The notes under the pieces are model-generated. The model was given only the letters and a program-made list of their open reading frames with translations. It was not told the DNA's origin and did no database searches. Positions 1 to 12,965 of a stretch of 64,000 nucleotides of DNA are shown in pieces. The DNA comes from Octopus sinensis (Eukaryota). The position numbers were made by a program, and so were the translations under genes. The DNA is taken from the NCBI RefSeq assembly GCF_006345805.1, contig NC_043001.1, positions 101,804,001-101,868,000 on the forward strand, in the 5' to 3' direction. Positions within the stretch are counted from its first letter, which is position 1. Every line of letters starts with the position of its first letter.

Positions 1-857
1 TTCTTTTTAGAAATTTTCCGTTTTCTTCAATTTTTGTCCAATTCTTTTTCCATTAACCTTCAGGGATGGAGTTATGTGCGGCGGTGGGTTCACTTTGAAT
101 TTTGTCCCTTCCTATTTTTCTAGGGTTGGATTTTCAAATAATATTCATGTTAATAATTAAAACAACATTTGTTTTGCTTCAATGCTTACACATACATAAA
201 AATATTGATGTATACACATACATATATGTAAATATATTTACATATGTATGTATGTATATGTGTGTGTGCGTGCTTGTGTGTATTGTAATATTCTACATAA
301 ATAATACTGATTTTATGACTTCAAATTTCATGCTAGATAGAGCATTCTTCAGATGGATGTGATTCAGTGGTTTTATATACTTACATGTGTGTGTGTGTGC
401 ACATAACACACACACATCTACTGGAAATCTCTGTATTATCTATATTATTCCAAATTTCTATTATCACTCAGTCCTGTCTCTTTCCTTCTTCCTTCCTCAT
501 CCCTCAGTCTCTATCTCTCTCTCTCTTCCATAGTTCTCTCTCTCTTTTCTCTCTCTCTCTCTCTCTTTCCATATTTCTCTCCTCTCTCTCTCTCTTTCTC
601 ACTCACACTGTATATACTTTTTATTTGCTCTCTCTCTCTCTATTTCCCTGCACTGGTGAAAATAAAGTTATTTGCTGCTCCCTTCTGTAATCACTTGTGT
701 TGGTCATGCATGGATGGGTAATTAATTTTGTCTGGAGGAAACATAAGTATACATTTTCTCAAGTGCTCTAGTTGTACTAATATTGTTTGACAACCCCAGG
801 AAGATGAAAACCTGGGCATCAGTGTTTTAATCTATATTTTAATGTTTTAATGATTCT

Positions 858-1261
858 TATTTCTTTACTACCCACAAGGGGCTAAACATAGAGGGAACAA
901 ACAAGGACAGAGGGTTAAGTCGATTACATCGACCCCAGTGCGCGACTGGTATTTAATCTATCGACCCCAAAAGTATGAAAGGCAAAGTCGACCTCAGCGG
1001 AATTTGAACTCAGAACATATCATCAGACGAAATACTTATTTCTTTACTACCCACAAGGGGCTAAACACAGAAAGGACAAACAAGGACAGAAAAATGGATT
1101 AAGTCAATCATATCGACCCCAGTGCGTAACTGGTACTTATTTAATCGACCCCGAGAGAATGAAAGGCAAAGTTGACCTTGGCGGAATTTGAACTCAGAAT
1201 GTAGCGGCAGATGAAATACCGCTAAGCATTTCGCCCGGCGTGCTAACGATTCTGCCAGCTC
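858..1261 (-). mobile_element. Head-to-tail dimer of tRNA-derived SINE family A (Meta-domain-like core), bracketed by a 16-bp target-site duplication (TSD)
   Basis: Minus strand reads GAGCTGGCAGAATCGTTAGC...GAGTTCAAATTCC (A/B-box-like), then ...GCCTTTCATxCTxTCGGGGTCGATTAAATAAGTACC..., ending CCCCTTGTGGGTAGTAAAGAAATA. A second, 5'-truncated copy occupies 858-1035. ATGTTTTAATGATTCT is repeated at 842-857 and 1262-1277. Confidence 0.85.
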
Positions 1262-1574
1262 ATGTTTTAATGATTCTGTTAACACACACATGCACACACA
1301 CACACACACATACACACTTACGCAGAACACATGCATGCACGTGCAGAAATAGTTACACATAAACATACACAGCAACACACACACAGACATCTGCGCAGAT
1401 GCTCAATACCAAATTGCACTTAGAATTTAATATTGCTTAACCCCAGGGTCTTCTAGAAGACATTTTCTCAAGCTGCCTTGAAGTGATATTTCAATTTGGC
1501 CAACATTTGATTCCAAAGCAAGTTTCTAAACTATACAGCCAAGATTGTGTAGATGTCCAGTCTATGTGAATTAT

Positions 1575-1885
1575 GCAGGCTTGGCTGTGTGGCAATAGGC
1601 TTGCTTCCCAGCCACATGGTTCTGGGTTCAGTCCTAATGCATGACACCTTGGGCAAGTGTCTTCTACTCTAGCCTCAGGCCGACCAAAGCCTTGTGAGTG
1701 GATTTGGTAGATGGAAACTGAAAGAAGCCCATCATGCATCTGTGTGTGTGTTTGTTATCTACCACTTCTTGACAACCGGTGTTGGTTTGTTTACACCCCT
1801 GTGACTTAGCAGCTCAGCAAAAGAGACCAATAGAATAAGTACCAGATTTACATGCAAAGAATAAGTTCCCGGATCGATTTATACA
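1575..1885 (+). mobile_element. tRNA-derived SINE family C (CORE-like)
   Basis: GGCTGTGTGG...GGGTTCAGTCC head, CACCTTGGGCAAGTGTCTT core, CAAAGCCTTGTGAGTGGATTTGGTAGATGGAAACTG body; many copies elsewhere in the window. Confidence 0.8.
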
Positions 1886-1964
1886 GACAGATGAAATATC
1901 TCTAAGCATTTCGCTCAGCATGCTAACTTTTCTGCCAGCTTTCCACCTTAATAAATAATAATCA

Positions 1965-3735
1965 TTTGGACCTGGATTTGAACTCCCAAACCAAATTTTA
2001 TTCCTGCACTTATCTACAGAAGTTCCTTTTTTACAAACCAGAAATCTTTGACAGATTGCTCTCTACATTTTCCCTGCAGCTGCCTAGTAAACACTCGCAA
2101 AGAGTCTGGGTTTCGATTGCCAAGGAAATTCTTCTTCTTTGCTGTTATTGATTGACCAGTCTTTTGCACGTGACTTCCACATTGACTTCCCCAGCAATGA
2201 GCAAAGACAACATATTTTCTTCCTTTTTGTGGACGGTGACCATTTTAGTAACCTTTTAAATATGAGCCATACATTCCCAGTTGTATGATGCTGTGATGAA
2301 GTCTTCTTGTGCAGAGGTAACCCCTCCTCCGTGAGACCTCTCTTAGAATGCTCTCTGGTACAGAAATTGCTGTAGCTTTGGTCATTTTTTTTCTTTTTTA
2401 AGTTCTGCATTCTTAACTTCAGCAAAGGTTACTGGCGAATCAAGGTGGCTGATAACAGGCATTTAGAAAAATTCCTGCATAACTGCTTCATCTACTAGTT
2501 TAGGCTGGTTGTGGAATTAAGTGAGGTGTTGTTTTCTCCAGCGCTACACTTTTGCAGACTGGCTTTTCAGCAGACAAGCACTTTTCAATGACTTCCCTGG
2601 AACTATAGAACAATTCATGAGGTCACAGAGTGTCTTTATCAAACCATGGAAATTGTGATGTCAAACCTGTTTCCATGGTGAACTTCCACCATTCCATAAC
2701 CAGATTTAACTTAGTCTTACCAAAGTTTCTGATGACAATGTGTCAATGGACTTTGTATATTTTTATCTTTTACTTGTTTCAGTCATTGAACTGCGGCCAT
2801 ACTGGGGCACCACATTGAAGACTTTTAATCAAGTGAATTGACCACAATATATATTGTATTTTTAAGGCTGGTACTTATTCTATCGGTCTTTTTTGCCAAA
2901 CTGCTAAGTTACAGGATTGTAAACATGCTAATTCTGGTGTATGGTGAGGGACAAACACACACACACACACACACTCACACACACATAATGGGTTTCTTTC
3001 TGTTTCTGTCAACCAAATCCACTCACAAGGCTTTGATTGGTCTGAGTCTATAGAAGAAGGCACTTGCCCAAGGTGCCCTGCAGTAGGACTGAACCTGGAA
3101 CCATGTAGTTGGGAAGCAAACTTCTTATCACTCAACCATCCCTGCACCTCTATGTCAGCCAAAAACCTACCAATTCTTCTACATTTCTCTTAGAAACAGT
3201 TTTGATCTGTTTCTCATACTGACTCCAATGGTTTCAATGGAAGAATCACTGAGGAATTTAAAGACCATTTCTCATCCATGCCAGCTTCTGAGATGATGAG
3301 AGCTTCTGCCTGTTTGGCAGCTAGAGTGGGATGCAAGCTCTTACAAGTATTAAGACTGTCCAGTTTACAGCTTGAGTCATTTGGTTTCAAGTCCCATTGG
3401 GGGCACATTTGTAATTGAACCTTTGTTTGCCCCTTGCATTGGTGTCCTATGCACAGCCCTTTTTACTGCAGAGGCCAACAGAACATCTTGAAAAAATCTA
3501 CCTGCCTCACCAAACGAGTAAACAAATCTGCAATTCAGTGATGAGGACTTGTGATTGTTCTTCAGCCGAAAGATGATGCTTATAACAGTGAGACCATACA
3601 CTGCACTCAGAGAAAAATGTCTGGTGCCATTAATTTTACTTCCTTTAAAACCATTCTTTCTAAACACCTGATACCAAGTCTTTTATTCCTCCCAACTTTT
3701 GCATTAAAATCACCTATCAGAATGGCTTTCTCTTA
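1965..3735 (-). mobile_element. Decayed RTE-clade LINE (APE endonuclease to start of RT), interrupted by a SINE C at ~2757-3150
   Basis: Manual minus-strand translation gives LIGDFNAKVG (APE motif; GDFNAKVG at 3691-3714), NGTRHFSLSAVYGLTVISIIF, and RQLQGKCREQ (2056-2085, RTE RT pre-domain). Multiple stops and frameshifts. Confidence 0.75.
2757..3150 (-). mobile_element. SINE family C nested in the RTE remnant
   Basis: Reverse complement of the 1575-1885 family, including CCAAATCCACTCACAAGGCTTTG and CACTTGCCCAAGGTGCC. Confidence 0.8.
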
Positions 3736-4057
3736 GTTGAGTATCTTAGTAGCCAAATTCTAATTCCAATTTAAAGAGAAATACAAATCTAAATTTGTAG
3801 TCGAATTCTAATTCAGATATGTAGCTAAATTATAATTCAACTAGATGGTCAAATTATATTTGATTGTGCTGTCAATTTTGAAATGGCAGCATTATTATCA
3901 AAGAATGAGAAGATAAATGTAAGGAATTGATATGTGGAAGAGAGAGAGGGGAGAGTGAGAGAGAGAGGGGAGAGTGGGAGAGAGAAAGAGAAAAGAACAT
4001 CACTGAGAGTAGAAGTTGAATATATATATATATATATATATACAGGGAGAGAGAATG

Positions 4058-4088
<31 letters not shown>

Positions 4089-4481
4089 TATATATACATA
4101 CAGGAGAGAGAATGAGATAGATAGATAGATGCATGTATGTATGCATGTGTGCATGTATACATCTATATCTGTATCTATGTATGTGTATGTATGCATGATG
4201 CATGTATGTGCATGTATGTTCATGATGCAAATGTTGGTAGATGGATTAATAAACAAACTAGCAGACAAGTTATGGGCAAAGAAGAACAGATATGTTAACA
4301 AGAGAAAGAGCTGGGGTTAAAATGAGGTTGGAAACAGAGCCAAAAAGCTAAAAGTTGTAGAAAATGGTTTATTGAAATGAGTAGCAATGAAAACGGAGAT
4401 GAATGATGTGCTTTCACCAACAGATCAGAACAACTGTATATTTCTCTGCTATGGATATATCTGTGTAGAAGTTAAGTCATA

Positions 4482-4837
4482 TCTCTCTATATATAAACGG
4501 CAGTTTGTCTGTGTGTGTTTCTGTGTGTCTGTTAGGTTGTACCCTCACCCTGACCACGGCTTTCAACCGATTCTGATGAAACTTGACACACACATAGCCC
4601 AATGTCATAATTCAAAACTAACACAGCGAAAATTTTGAAAAGTTTCCCCAGTTCTGAAAAAAATCGATAAATTCGACATGGGTCGAGAATCACAAACACA
4701 ACCACAGACGCAACTCGACCTTTTTAACTAAAAAAAAATTTAACCATCATTTTTTTCCCATTTTTTGGCTATAACTCTCTAAAATGCTTTATAGTTATTT
4801 CCCTTACAAACCCGAGCACGCCGGGCGATACTGCTAG
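4482..4837 (+). mobile_element. Non-autonomous Helitron
   Basis: A|TC 5' end, CTGT-type microsatellite near the 5' end, GC hairpin CCCG-AGCACGC-CGGG (4811-4825) shortly before the CTAG|T 3' end; no TSD. Confidence 0.8.
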
Positions 4838-5190
4838 TCTGTAATAAGCAAGCTTATGGATGTGTTCTGGGATAGAATTACATGAGTTACCATATTGGTA
4901 ACTCATGTGGTGGAAGAATAAAACATGAGTTACTAATTTGGTTAAGTCAATATAGTTCCAGGTTCTCAACCAAGTTGCCATAAAATGCAAAAGTTATTTA
5001 GCCCCAGGTCAACACTGGTTGTGCATATTATGATCAAAGTTGTCGCGTCATTTTCCTTAGATTTAGTGTGTGACAAACAACATTAGACGATGTGTCTTTC
5101 CTGTCTTTTTAAGATGGTAGAATAGGATTTTAGGTGGCTGCTATTTCTATCAGGTTAACTAACTAAATAGAAGTTCTCGTGTTGGTTTAT

Positions 5191-5565
5191 ATCATCATCA
5201 TCATCATCTTTTAATGTCCGCTTTCCATGCTGGCATGAGTTGGATGGTTTCACTGAGGGCTGGCGAGCCAGAAGGCTGCACCAGTCTCCAATCTGATCTG
5301 GCAAAGTTTCTACAGCTGGATGCCCTTCCTAATGCCAACCACTCTTGGAGCATAGTGGGTGCTTTAACGTGCCACCAGCACAAGTACCAGTCAGGTGGTA
5401 CTGGCATTGGCCACACTCAAATGATGCTTTTTATGTGCCACCTACACAGGAGCCAGTCCAGTGGCACTGGCAACGACCATGCTCAAATGGTGCTTTTTTT
5501 ATGTATCACTGGCACATGTGCCAGTCAGCAGCCCTGGCAACGATCATGCTCGAATGGTGCTTCTA
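5191..5565 (-). mobile_element. 3' end of RTE-type retroelement (family B) with (GAT)n tail
   Basis: CATCATCAT tail followed by TTCCATGCTGGCATG...TACAGCTGGATGCCCTTCCTAATGCCAACC. The same family continues into the RTE ORF remnant at 38810-39753. Confidence 0.8.
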
Positions 5566-5599
5566 ACATTAGTTTATATATCTTATATATATTTATATA

Positions 5600-6075
5600 T
5601 AGATATATGATAAGAATAAAAGCCGGCACAGAAAGACAACAAAGAAGCACATGGAAAACAGACAAAAGACATGAATATGCTAACCCCTAATCAGTTATAA
5701 ACCAAAAGTCATTACAGTTTCATGCCATTATCAATAAGGTTTTGTAGGCATCAAAAATTGCTGCTGAGATAGGTGGAGGTGGACATTGACTAGATAATAT
5801 TTTGTGGTTGAAAAATAAAGCATGGTGCACCTCAAGAATATTGTGTGGGTAATGTAGATATGTGAGGAGTGTTTATAGTAGGTATGTCTGCAGGGCCAGA
5901 AAATGCAAGTTTATCAGAGCAACAAACTGGACATGTTGTACGTCCAGGTATTCTTTTATTTGAAGTGTTTCGTTCTGGAGATGATGAGTGGATGTATCTT
6001 ATGACTGGATACGGGACGCTACTCTGTGTTGTTGTTGAAGAGAGATTCTTACTCCAAAGAGAATTTAGATAATCC
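5600..6075 (-). mobile_element. Possible Penelope-like element 3' fragment
   Basis: Abuts a TA-rich tract. Minus strand has a weak hammerhead-like ATGCC...GGCAT-GAAA-ACTGTA and a GRTTCPVC Cys motif reminiscent of the Penelope-like element (PLE) linker. Highly degenerate. Confidence 0.3.
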
Positions 6076-6099
6076 CACCAAGTTCATCAACGTTCTTTT

Positions 6100-6307
6100 T
6101 TACTCAAGGCACAAAGCCCGAAATTTTTGGGGGAGAGAGCCAGTCAATTAGATTGACCCCAGTACACAACTGGTACTTAGTTTATCAATCCCCAAAAGAA
6201 AGACAAAGTCAACCTCGGTAGAATTTGAACTCAGAACATAAAGACAGACAAAATAGTGCTAAGCATTTTCCCTGGCATGCTAACGTTTCTGCCAGCTCAC
6301 TGCCTTC
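6100..6307 (-). mobile_element. SINE family A (alternative tail)
   Basis: AAAGTCAACCTCGGTAGAATTTGAACTCAGAAC...TTCTGCCAGCTCACTGCCTT matches the family A head and core. Confidence 0.8.
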
Positions 6308-6534
6308 AAGTTCCTCATTATTAGAAGACTAATGGAATCCATTACAAAAGACTGGAATAAAAATGTCTCTACAAAGATTTTGCTAACTGAGCCTTGTCTT
6401 TATCCGTATTCTCTTTATTAGGAGATCAAGGGATTTGTCAGAGGAGAAAACAGGAAAAGCTTATGAAAGTTGTATCTCCAGAAAGCAAGAAATATTTCCA
6501 CTGTATTTATTTGTTGTGTGTGTGTGGGGGGGGG

Positions 6535-6850
6535 GGGCTAAGTGGTTAGGGTATTTGACTCACAATTGGAAGGCCATGGGTCTGATTCCTGGCAGCATGT
6601 TGTCTCCTTGAGCAAGACACTTTATTTCATGCTGCTCCAATTCACTCAACCGACAAAATTGAACTGTACCTGTAATACAAAGGGAGCTGGCCTTGTCACA
6701 TTCTGTGTCATGCTGAATCTCCCTGAGAACTACATTAAAGGCACACACATGTCTGTGGAATTCTCAGCCATTTGCACATTTCACGATCAGGCTGTTCCAT
6801 TGATCCAATCAACCGGAACCCTCATCACCATAACCAATGAAGTGCCAGCG
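6535..6850 (+). mobile_element. tRNA-derived SINE family E
   Basis: GGCTAAGTGGTTAGGG A-box, GGTCTGATTCC B-box-like, then GTCTCCTTGAGCAAGACACTTTATTTCA core. Related heads at 35682, 42180 and 57125. Confidence 0.7.
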
Positions 6851-7444
6851 TGTGTATCTTGGGGACGCAATTCTTCGACTGTGATTTATAATTTGACTTT
6901 TTTCCATTTTTTTCCTCCCCAATTTTTCAGGTTCTACAGGTGTTTAGCTTTGTTAAATATAGGAATATATTATTACACACCTTCACACACCAAGTTCAAA
7001 TCCCAGAAGAGATTGACTTGCCTTTCATTCCTACATAAAGTTGGAAACCGTAAATTAATGAGAATAGTTTGCACAATTGGTTAAAGGAAGTTTATTGGTG
7101 TTTCATTGGAAACGGTTTATATTTTTTTTCTATAAACTATTTCTATAAAAGGAATATCACAAGTTTAGATTTGATGACATTCAATAATAATTTATTTTGC
7201 TGAATGACATGTAATAATCTGATTTAATCTCAGAGTTTATTTAAGACAACTTAAACAATTATTTGTAGATTATGGAAAGTTAAAAAATACTGATTCCATC
7301 AGCGAAATTCTGCTCTGTGAAAGCTACTGAAATAAACTAAAACTAGGTGTAGTCACAAGGTCTCCTGTGGGATTCTATAAGTCTCCTTTTAGTATCCAAT
7401 ATTATGTAGTGAGTGAAAGAGACTACTTTCAGAGAATTTCATAC

Positions 7445-7449
7445 TGTGA

Positions 7450-7483
<34 letters not shown>

Positions 7484-7513
7484 GGTGGTGGTGATGATGA
7501 TGATGACGACGAT
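7445..7513. repeat. Compound (GAT)n(GGT)n(GAT)n microsatellite
   Basis: Direct inspection. Confidence 0.95.
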
Positions 7514-8509
7514 AATATCCAAACTTTTGTTAAAATCAATGAATTTTTCAGCCATATGTTGTTCTATGTTGAGATTTGCTCTAATGCTTTCCATGAAACA
7601 TAAACGAATGAATAAGAGAATAACCAGAATAATTGCTTTAATATAATAAATATGGTTTTGATAAGAGAGAGAGAGATGGCATTTCATTAAGCAGGGCACC
7701 ATTTTGTTCTTTCCTTTTAAGAGTTCAAACAGTCATGTCAACATCCACCAATCTCTTACATTGAGGGACACAAGACAAGCAACACCGGATTTTAGATTCG
7801 ATAGAAACATAAACACAGATACAGAGACATACACATGACAAGTTTCTTTCTGTGAAATTCTGACTAGAAAATATTGGTCAACCACAATAGAAGACAATCA
7901 GCCAAGTGGGTGCAGTGTGGTTACAAGGCAAATTTCATGCTTATGTCTTATGTTTCAAAGATTTCACAGTTGACAGATTGGAAATAATCAGATGGTCTTG
8001 TAGTGAACCGTTGACTAGATTCTTGTCCAAGATTTGAAACTTTAGCCTAGGTTTTTCTGAGTCTCTTTCTAGTCTTCTCAGCTTTGGAATTAAGAAATTC
8101 ATACGAATCAACTGCAACATATAGATACGTTCTGTTCTTTAACTAACCAATTGCAGTTATCAAAACTTCATACAAGGTAACAGACAAATAATCCCTTATT
8201 GAGCCTGACCTAATTTAGTTAGGAGAAGATATACAGTACCCAAATTCACTTCTACCTCTTTCACTTGGTGTCTTGCTTGAAGAACACATCTCTCTTTTTC
8301 TTTCTTCACATGTGACTTATCACTGTGGGACTATACAACTTTCACCCTCTCTACTTGTCAACATAAAGAGGTAAATTCTCTTAATTTTTCACTCTCCTTC
8401 TTCTAGCCGTTACATACAGATGGGCTTAACTAACTACAAAATGGATTATAGCTATAACACAAACCTCTCTACGACTCAAAGAAGTTGCTTTTTAAATTGA
8501 TTTTAAATC

Positions 8510-8702
8510 TTAACACAAGGCCAGCAATTCTGCACGAGGGGTAAGTTGATTACACCAACCCCAATGCTCAACTAGTGTTTATTTTATCAACTCTGAAAAG
8601 ATGAAAAGCAAAGTCGACCTTGGTGGAATTTGACCTCGGAACATGGAGACAGATGAAATACTACCACTAAGTACGCTAATGAGTCTTCCAGCTTGTCACC
8701 TT
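8510..8702 (-). mobile_element. SINE family A (degenerate)
   Basis: AAAAGCAAAGTCGACCTTGGTGGAATTTGA core. Confidence 0.75.
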
Positions 8703-9367
8703 AGTTGCTTCTTATATTGAAATGATGAAACAAAGGTCATATCAACTAATATTTTTCTCTTCTTGTTTATTTGTGTCATGTTATCATTAGTCTTAGAGTT
8801 AGAAATATTCCTGATAATCATCTCTCATATGCTTGAAGATTGTTTTAGTTCATTCACAAAAATTCTGAAATTACCAATTTTTCTATAAATCAATTGTTTG
8901 TATTGGAAATTACTGGACGCAAAACAAAATATAACATTTTGATGCAGCCATTCACCTCAAGAAGAAGGTTTAGCTTCTAATAAGACTGAAAGCTTATGCA
9001 TAGACCTACATCTACTCTGCAGGGGCTGTCCATCTAAAATCCTGTTGGCACCGATTTCCACCCAAAACTGGTTCTACCACTGCACAGGACGGAAAAGTAC
9101 ATAGACACCTAACTATGGCAAATAGATAACACAGGCAGCTACCTATATACCTATATGCCAAAAACGTTATATAGACATCTATCTATAGAAAATAAAAAAA
9201 AAAATAGACACATCTAATGAAAAAGAAAAAGATGAAATAAATCAAAAACTCACCATAGCTGACAGTCAAGAAGACTCAACTAGTAATAAAATTGAAAGCT
9301 TCAGTTAAATTGATATACTATCTAAACCATGTGAGATTTAAAATAAGATTAAACAAAAGATCAAATA

Positions 9368-9369
<2 letters not shown>

Positions 9370-9411
<42 letters not shown>

Positions 9412-9891
9412 TGTGTGCATGCATGCGGTGTGTGTGTGTGTGTGCGTGTGTGTGTGTGGTGGAAAGAATACTTTTACTATTATTTATAATTTGACTGGTT
9501 TGGGGTTGGTTTTTATTTTATTTTATTGTGTTTTATTATATTTTTTTCTTCCCAATTTTTCAGGATATATAATTATATACATTCTTCTTTCTGAAAATAT
9601 TCCTGTAATATTTTTTTTTAATATATGTATATACATCACATAGTTATTGGTAGCTTTATAAGAAATTTACATACATATATACATACATACATGCATACAT
9701 ACATGCATACATATGTTCATGTGTGTATATGTGTGTGTGTATACATATATATATATGTACAAATATATATACATATATACATATATGTATACAAATATTT
9801 CGCTCTCTTTCTCTCTCTCTCTTTCTATATACATATATATGTAAATGTGTATATATATATATATATATTATATATATAGATATATATATAT

Positions 9892-9922
<31 letters not shown>

Positions 9923-10788
9923 TATATATATATATTATTATATGTATATATGTATATATGTGTGGTATATATATATATATATAATATATATATATGTATA
10001 TATATATATGTATATATATGTATATATGTAATATATATGGTGTGTATAATATATATAAACATATATATATGTATATATATGTATATATATATATGTATAT
10101 ATATGTATATATATATGTATATATATATATATATGTATATATATGTATATATATGTATATATATATGTAAATATATATGTATATAGGTATATATATATAT
10201 ATATGTGGTGTTTGTGTGTGTGTGTATATATATGTTATATATGTGTATATGTATATATATGTGTATATATAATATATGTATATATATATGTATATATATA
10301 TATATATGTTATATATATATGTAGTATATGTATATATATATATGTGTGTGTGTATATATGTAATATATGTGTATATGTATATATATGTATATATAATATA
10401 TATATGTATATATATATGCATATATATATATATATGTGTATATATATGCATATATATATATCATGAAGTGAGATAGACAGAAAGAGAGACAGAGAGAGAT
10501 AAAGAGAGAGACAGAGATATAGAATGAGAGAGAGAGAGAGAATAATGTACTGGAATGTATAACACTGTGCTCATATGTATGTGTGTGCAAGAGATAAATA
10601 TATGGTTATACACGCAAGCATCATCTAATAGTAACTGTCAGTAAAATACCTATAATTTGTGAAGCAAGAAAAATTTTCACTCTCTATATATCACTAAATA
10701 CATGTGTATGTATATGTGTGTGTGTGTGTGTGTGTATACATATATATATATATATATATATGTGGTGTGTACACAGAAATAAACTGCG

Positions 10789-10824
<36 letters not shown>

Positions 10825-10835
10825 GAGAGAGAGAG
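9370..10835. repeat. Microsatellite field: (TG)n, long degenerate (TA)n/(TATG)n, (GA)n
   Basis: Direct inspection; source of the YI/CV-repeat ORFs. Confidence 0.95.
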
Positions 10836-11089
10836 AGAGCAGGAGGGTGGGAGATAGATTATCTTCAACATCATTTTACATCTACTTACCATGTGAGCAT
10901 GGGTTGGAGTGGTTGTCATCTTCTAGGTTCCAAGTGCTTTCTTTCCTACATTGGTTAGTGACCATATCTGATGGAAAATGACTGGATGCCCTTCCTAATG
11001 CTTAGCACTGTAGAAAACTTGGTACATTTTTTTGTAGCTGTAGCACTTGAGAGAGGCTGTCTTATCCCAGCCACATGATATCATATGTG

Positions 11090-11205
11090 TGTGTGGTTAT
11101 GTTTAAAGAAGTTTGCTTTACAACCACATGGTTCTGGGTTCAGTCCTACTGTGTGGCACTTTGGGTAAGTGAATTTGGTAGACAGAAATTGAAAGAAGCC
11201 CATCA

Positions 11206-11236
<31 letters not shown>

Positions 11237-11435
11237 TTGTTCTCTCCTCATTGCTTGTAAACCAGTGTTGGTGTGTTTACATCACTGTGACCTAGTGGTT
11301 CACCATAAGAGATCAATAGAATAAGTACTGGGCTTAACAAATAAGCCCTGGCTCAATTTGTTCGCTTGAAATCGTTCAAGGCAGTGCTCCAGCATAGCCA
11401 CAGTCAAACGACTGAAACAGGTGAAAGAGTAAAAG
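11090..11435 (+). mobile_element. SINE family C
   Basis: AACCACATGGTTCTGGGTTCAGTCC head through CAGCATAGCCACAGTCAAACGACTGAAACAG tail. Confidence 0.8.
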
Positions 11436-11451
11436 ATTAACATATATACAC

Positions 11452-11775
11452 CATCACCATCAACATCGTTTAACATCCATTTTTCCATGCTGGCATGAGT
11501 TGGATGATTTGCCAAGAGCTTGCAAGTCAGGCCTGCACCAGGTTCTAATTGTCTGTTTTGGCAAGGTTTCTACTGCTGGATGTCCTTCCTAATGCCAACC
11601 ACTCCAAGAGTGTAATGGGTACTTTTACGTGCCACCGGCATGAGTGCCATTTGTTTGACACTGGTGTCTGTCACAACTGTGGTTTTACTTGGCTTGATGG
11701 GACTTCTTCTCAAACACAGCATAATGCCAAGTCAACTCGGTCGTTTCTTCCATGAGGTCCATTGCTCAAAGCCCT
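11452..11775 (-). mobile_element. RTE-type 3' end (family B)
   Basis: TTTAACATCCATTTTTCCATGCTGGCATG...CTGGATGTCCTTCCTAATGCCAACC. Confidence 0.75.
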
Positions 11776-11824
11776 GCATAATGCCAAATGGTCTTGGTCC
11801 TACATATATATACATATATATATA

Positions 11825-12913
11825 CAAGGTGGTATCAAAAGGTTCCCAGATTAGTTATGTTTAAGAAAAATTTACCTAAATTTTATCATCATCTTTGAAA
11901 TAATAACTTGCATAGCAATACACTGGTCCCAGCATTCCTCCCATTTTTGGAATCTGGCCTGGAAGTTGTTTTCTGTGAGTCAAGGACCTTCTGTGATTCA
12001 CTCTGGATGTCAACAACAGTATGAAAACAGTGATCTTTGACCTGCATTTTCCTTTTGGGGAAGAGATGGAAGTCCACAGGTGCGAAATCTGATGACTAGA
12101 ACAGGTGGTACCCTGCTGTTTTTGGTGAGAAACTCATGAGCGAGGAATGCTTGATGAAGAATCCACTTTCTTACATTCCACAGCTTTTGCCGAATGTCTT
12201 CCCTTAAAAGCTTCAAAATGACACAGTAGAATTGGTAGAAATGTTAGCACGCCGGGCGAAACGCTTTGCGATATTTCACCTGCTGTTACGTTCTGAGTTC
12301 AAATTCCACCGAGGTCGACTTTGCCTTTCATCCTTTCGGGGTTGATTAAATAAGTACCAGTTACGCACTGGGGTCGATATAATCGACTTAATCCCTTTAT
12401 CTGTCCTTGTTTGCCCCTTCTGTGTGTAGCCCCTTGTGGGCAATAAAGAAATAAAAATGGTCTGCTCCAGGGGATGAATGAACTCTTCGTGCGTAATGCC
12501 ACATTTCCAGTGGTGACATTCATGACAGGTCTTCCAGATCATTCATTGTCTTCCAGGGACTTCCTTCCACTTTTGAAGCACACACAAAGTGTTGTGTACA
12601 ACCCGTTGCCTCATCATTGTAAGTCTGTCAAATCATGCTCAATGCCTCTGTAGCAGACTCCCCCAAGTTTAATGCAAAATTTCATGTTGGCTCTTCATTC
12701 CAACTTCCTCTCCATGACAAAAATCACAGCCTACAGCATACACACATGATCACAAAAATGCAAATTTCACTACTTGCAAAGTGAACACAACAATGTCACT
12801 CGACACACTGCCTCATGAAGGCTCTCACTGCTAGGACTCACTGCACATGCAACCATGTGCTGCCATCTGTTGGCATGCTACAGAACTAGTCTGGGAACTT
12901 TTTATACTACCTC

Positions 12914-12914
<1 letters not shown>
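11825..12914 (-). mobile_element. Internally deleted mariner DNA transposon with a nested SINE A (12226-12454)
   Basis: ~30-bp terminal inverted repeats (TIRs) CAAGGTGGTATCAAAAGGTTCCCAGATTAG / CTAGTCTGGGAACTTTTTATACTACCTCA flanked by TA. Transposase remnants LKLLREDIRQK..W..WILH, DFHLFPK, SGRP. Confidence 0.85.
12226..12454 (+). mobile_element. SINE family A, near full length
   Basis: GTTAGCACGCCGGGCGAAACGC...GTTCAAATTCCACCGAGGTCGACTTTGCCTTTCATCCTTTCGGGG...CCCCTTGTGGGCAATAAAGAAATA. Confidence 0.9.

Positions 12915-12964
<50 letters not shown>

Positions 12965-12965
<1 letters not shown>

Noticed and set aside
5214-5690. Recurrent ORFs with FLQLDALPNANH / EWLALGRASSCRN
   Set aside because: Translations of the non-coding family B repeat end; recurrence reflects repeat copy number.
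7735-8460. Possible solo LTR (TG...CA); similar unexplained segment at 46480-46860
   Set aside because: No TSD, primer-binding site, polypurine tract or second copy identifiable in the window.
9625-10590. Long YI/CV/HT-repeat ORFs (also 16858-17202, 25065-28880, 48677-49462)
   Set aside because: Translations of (TA)n, (TG)n and (CA)n microsatellites, open in several frames on both strands; no coding signal.
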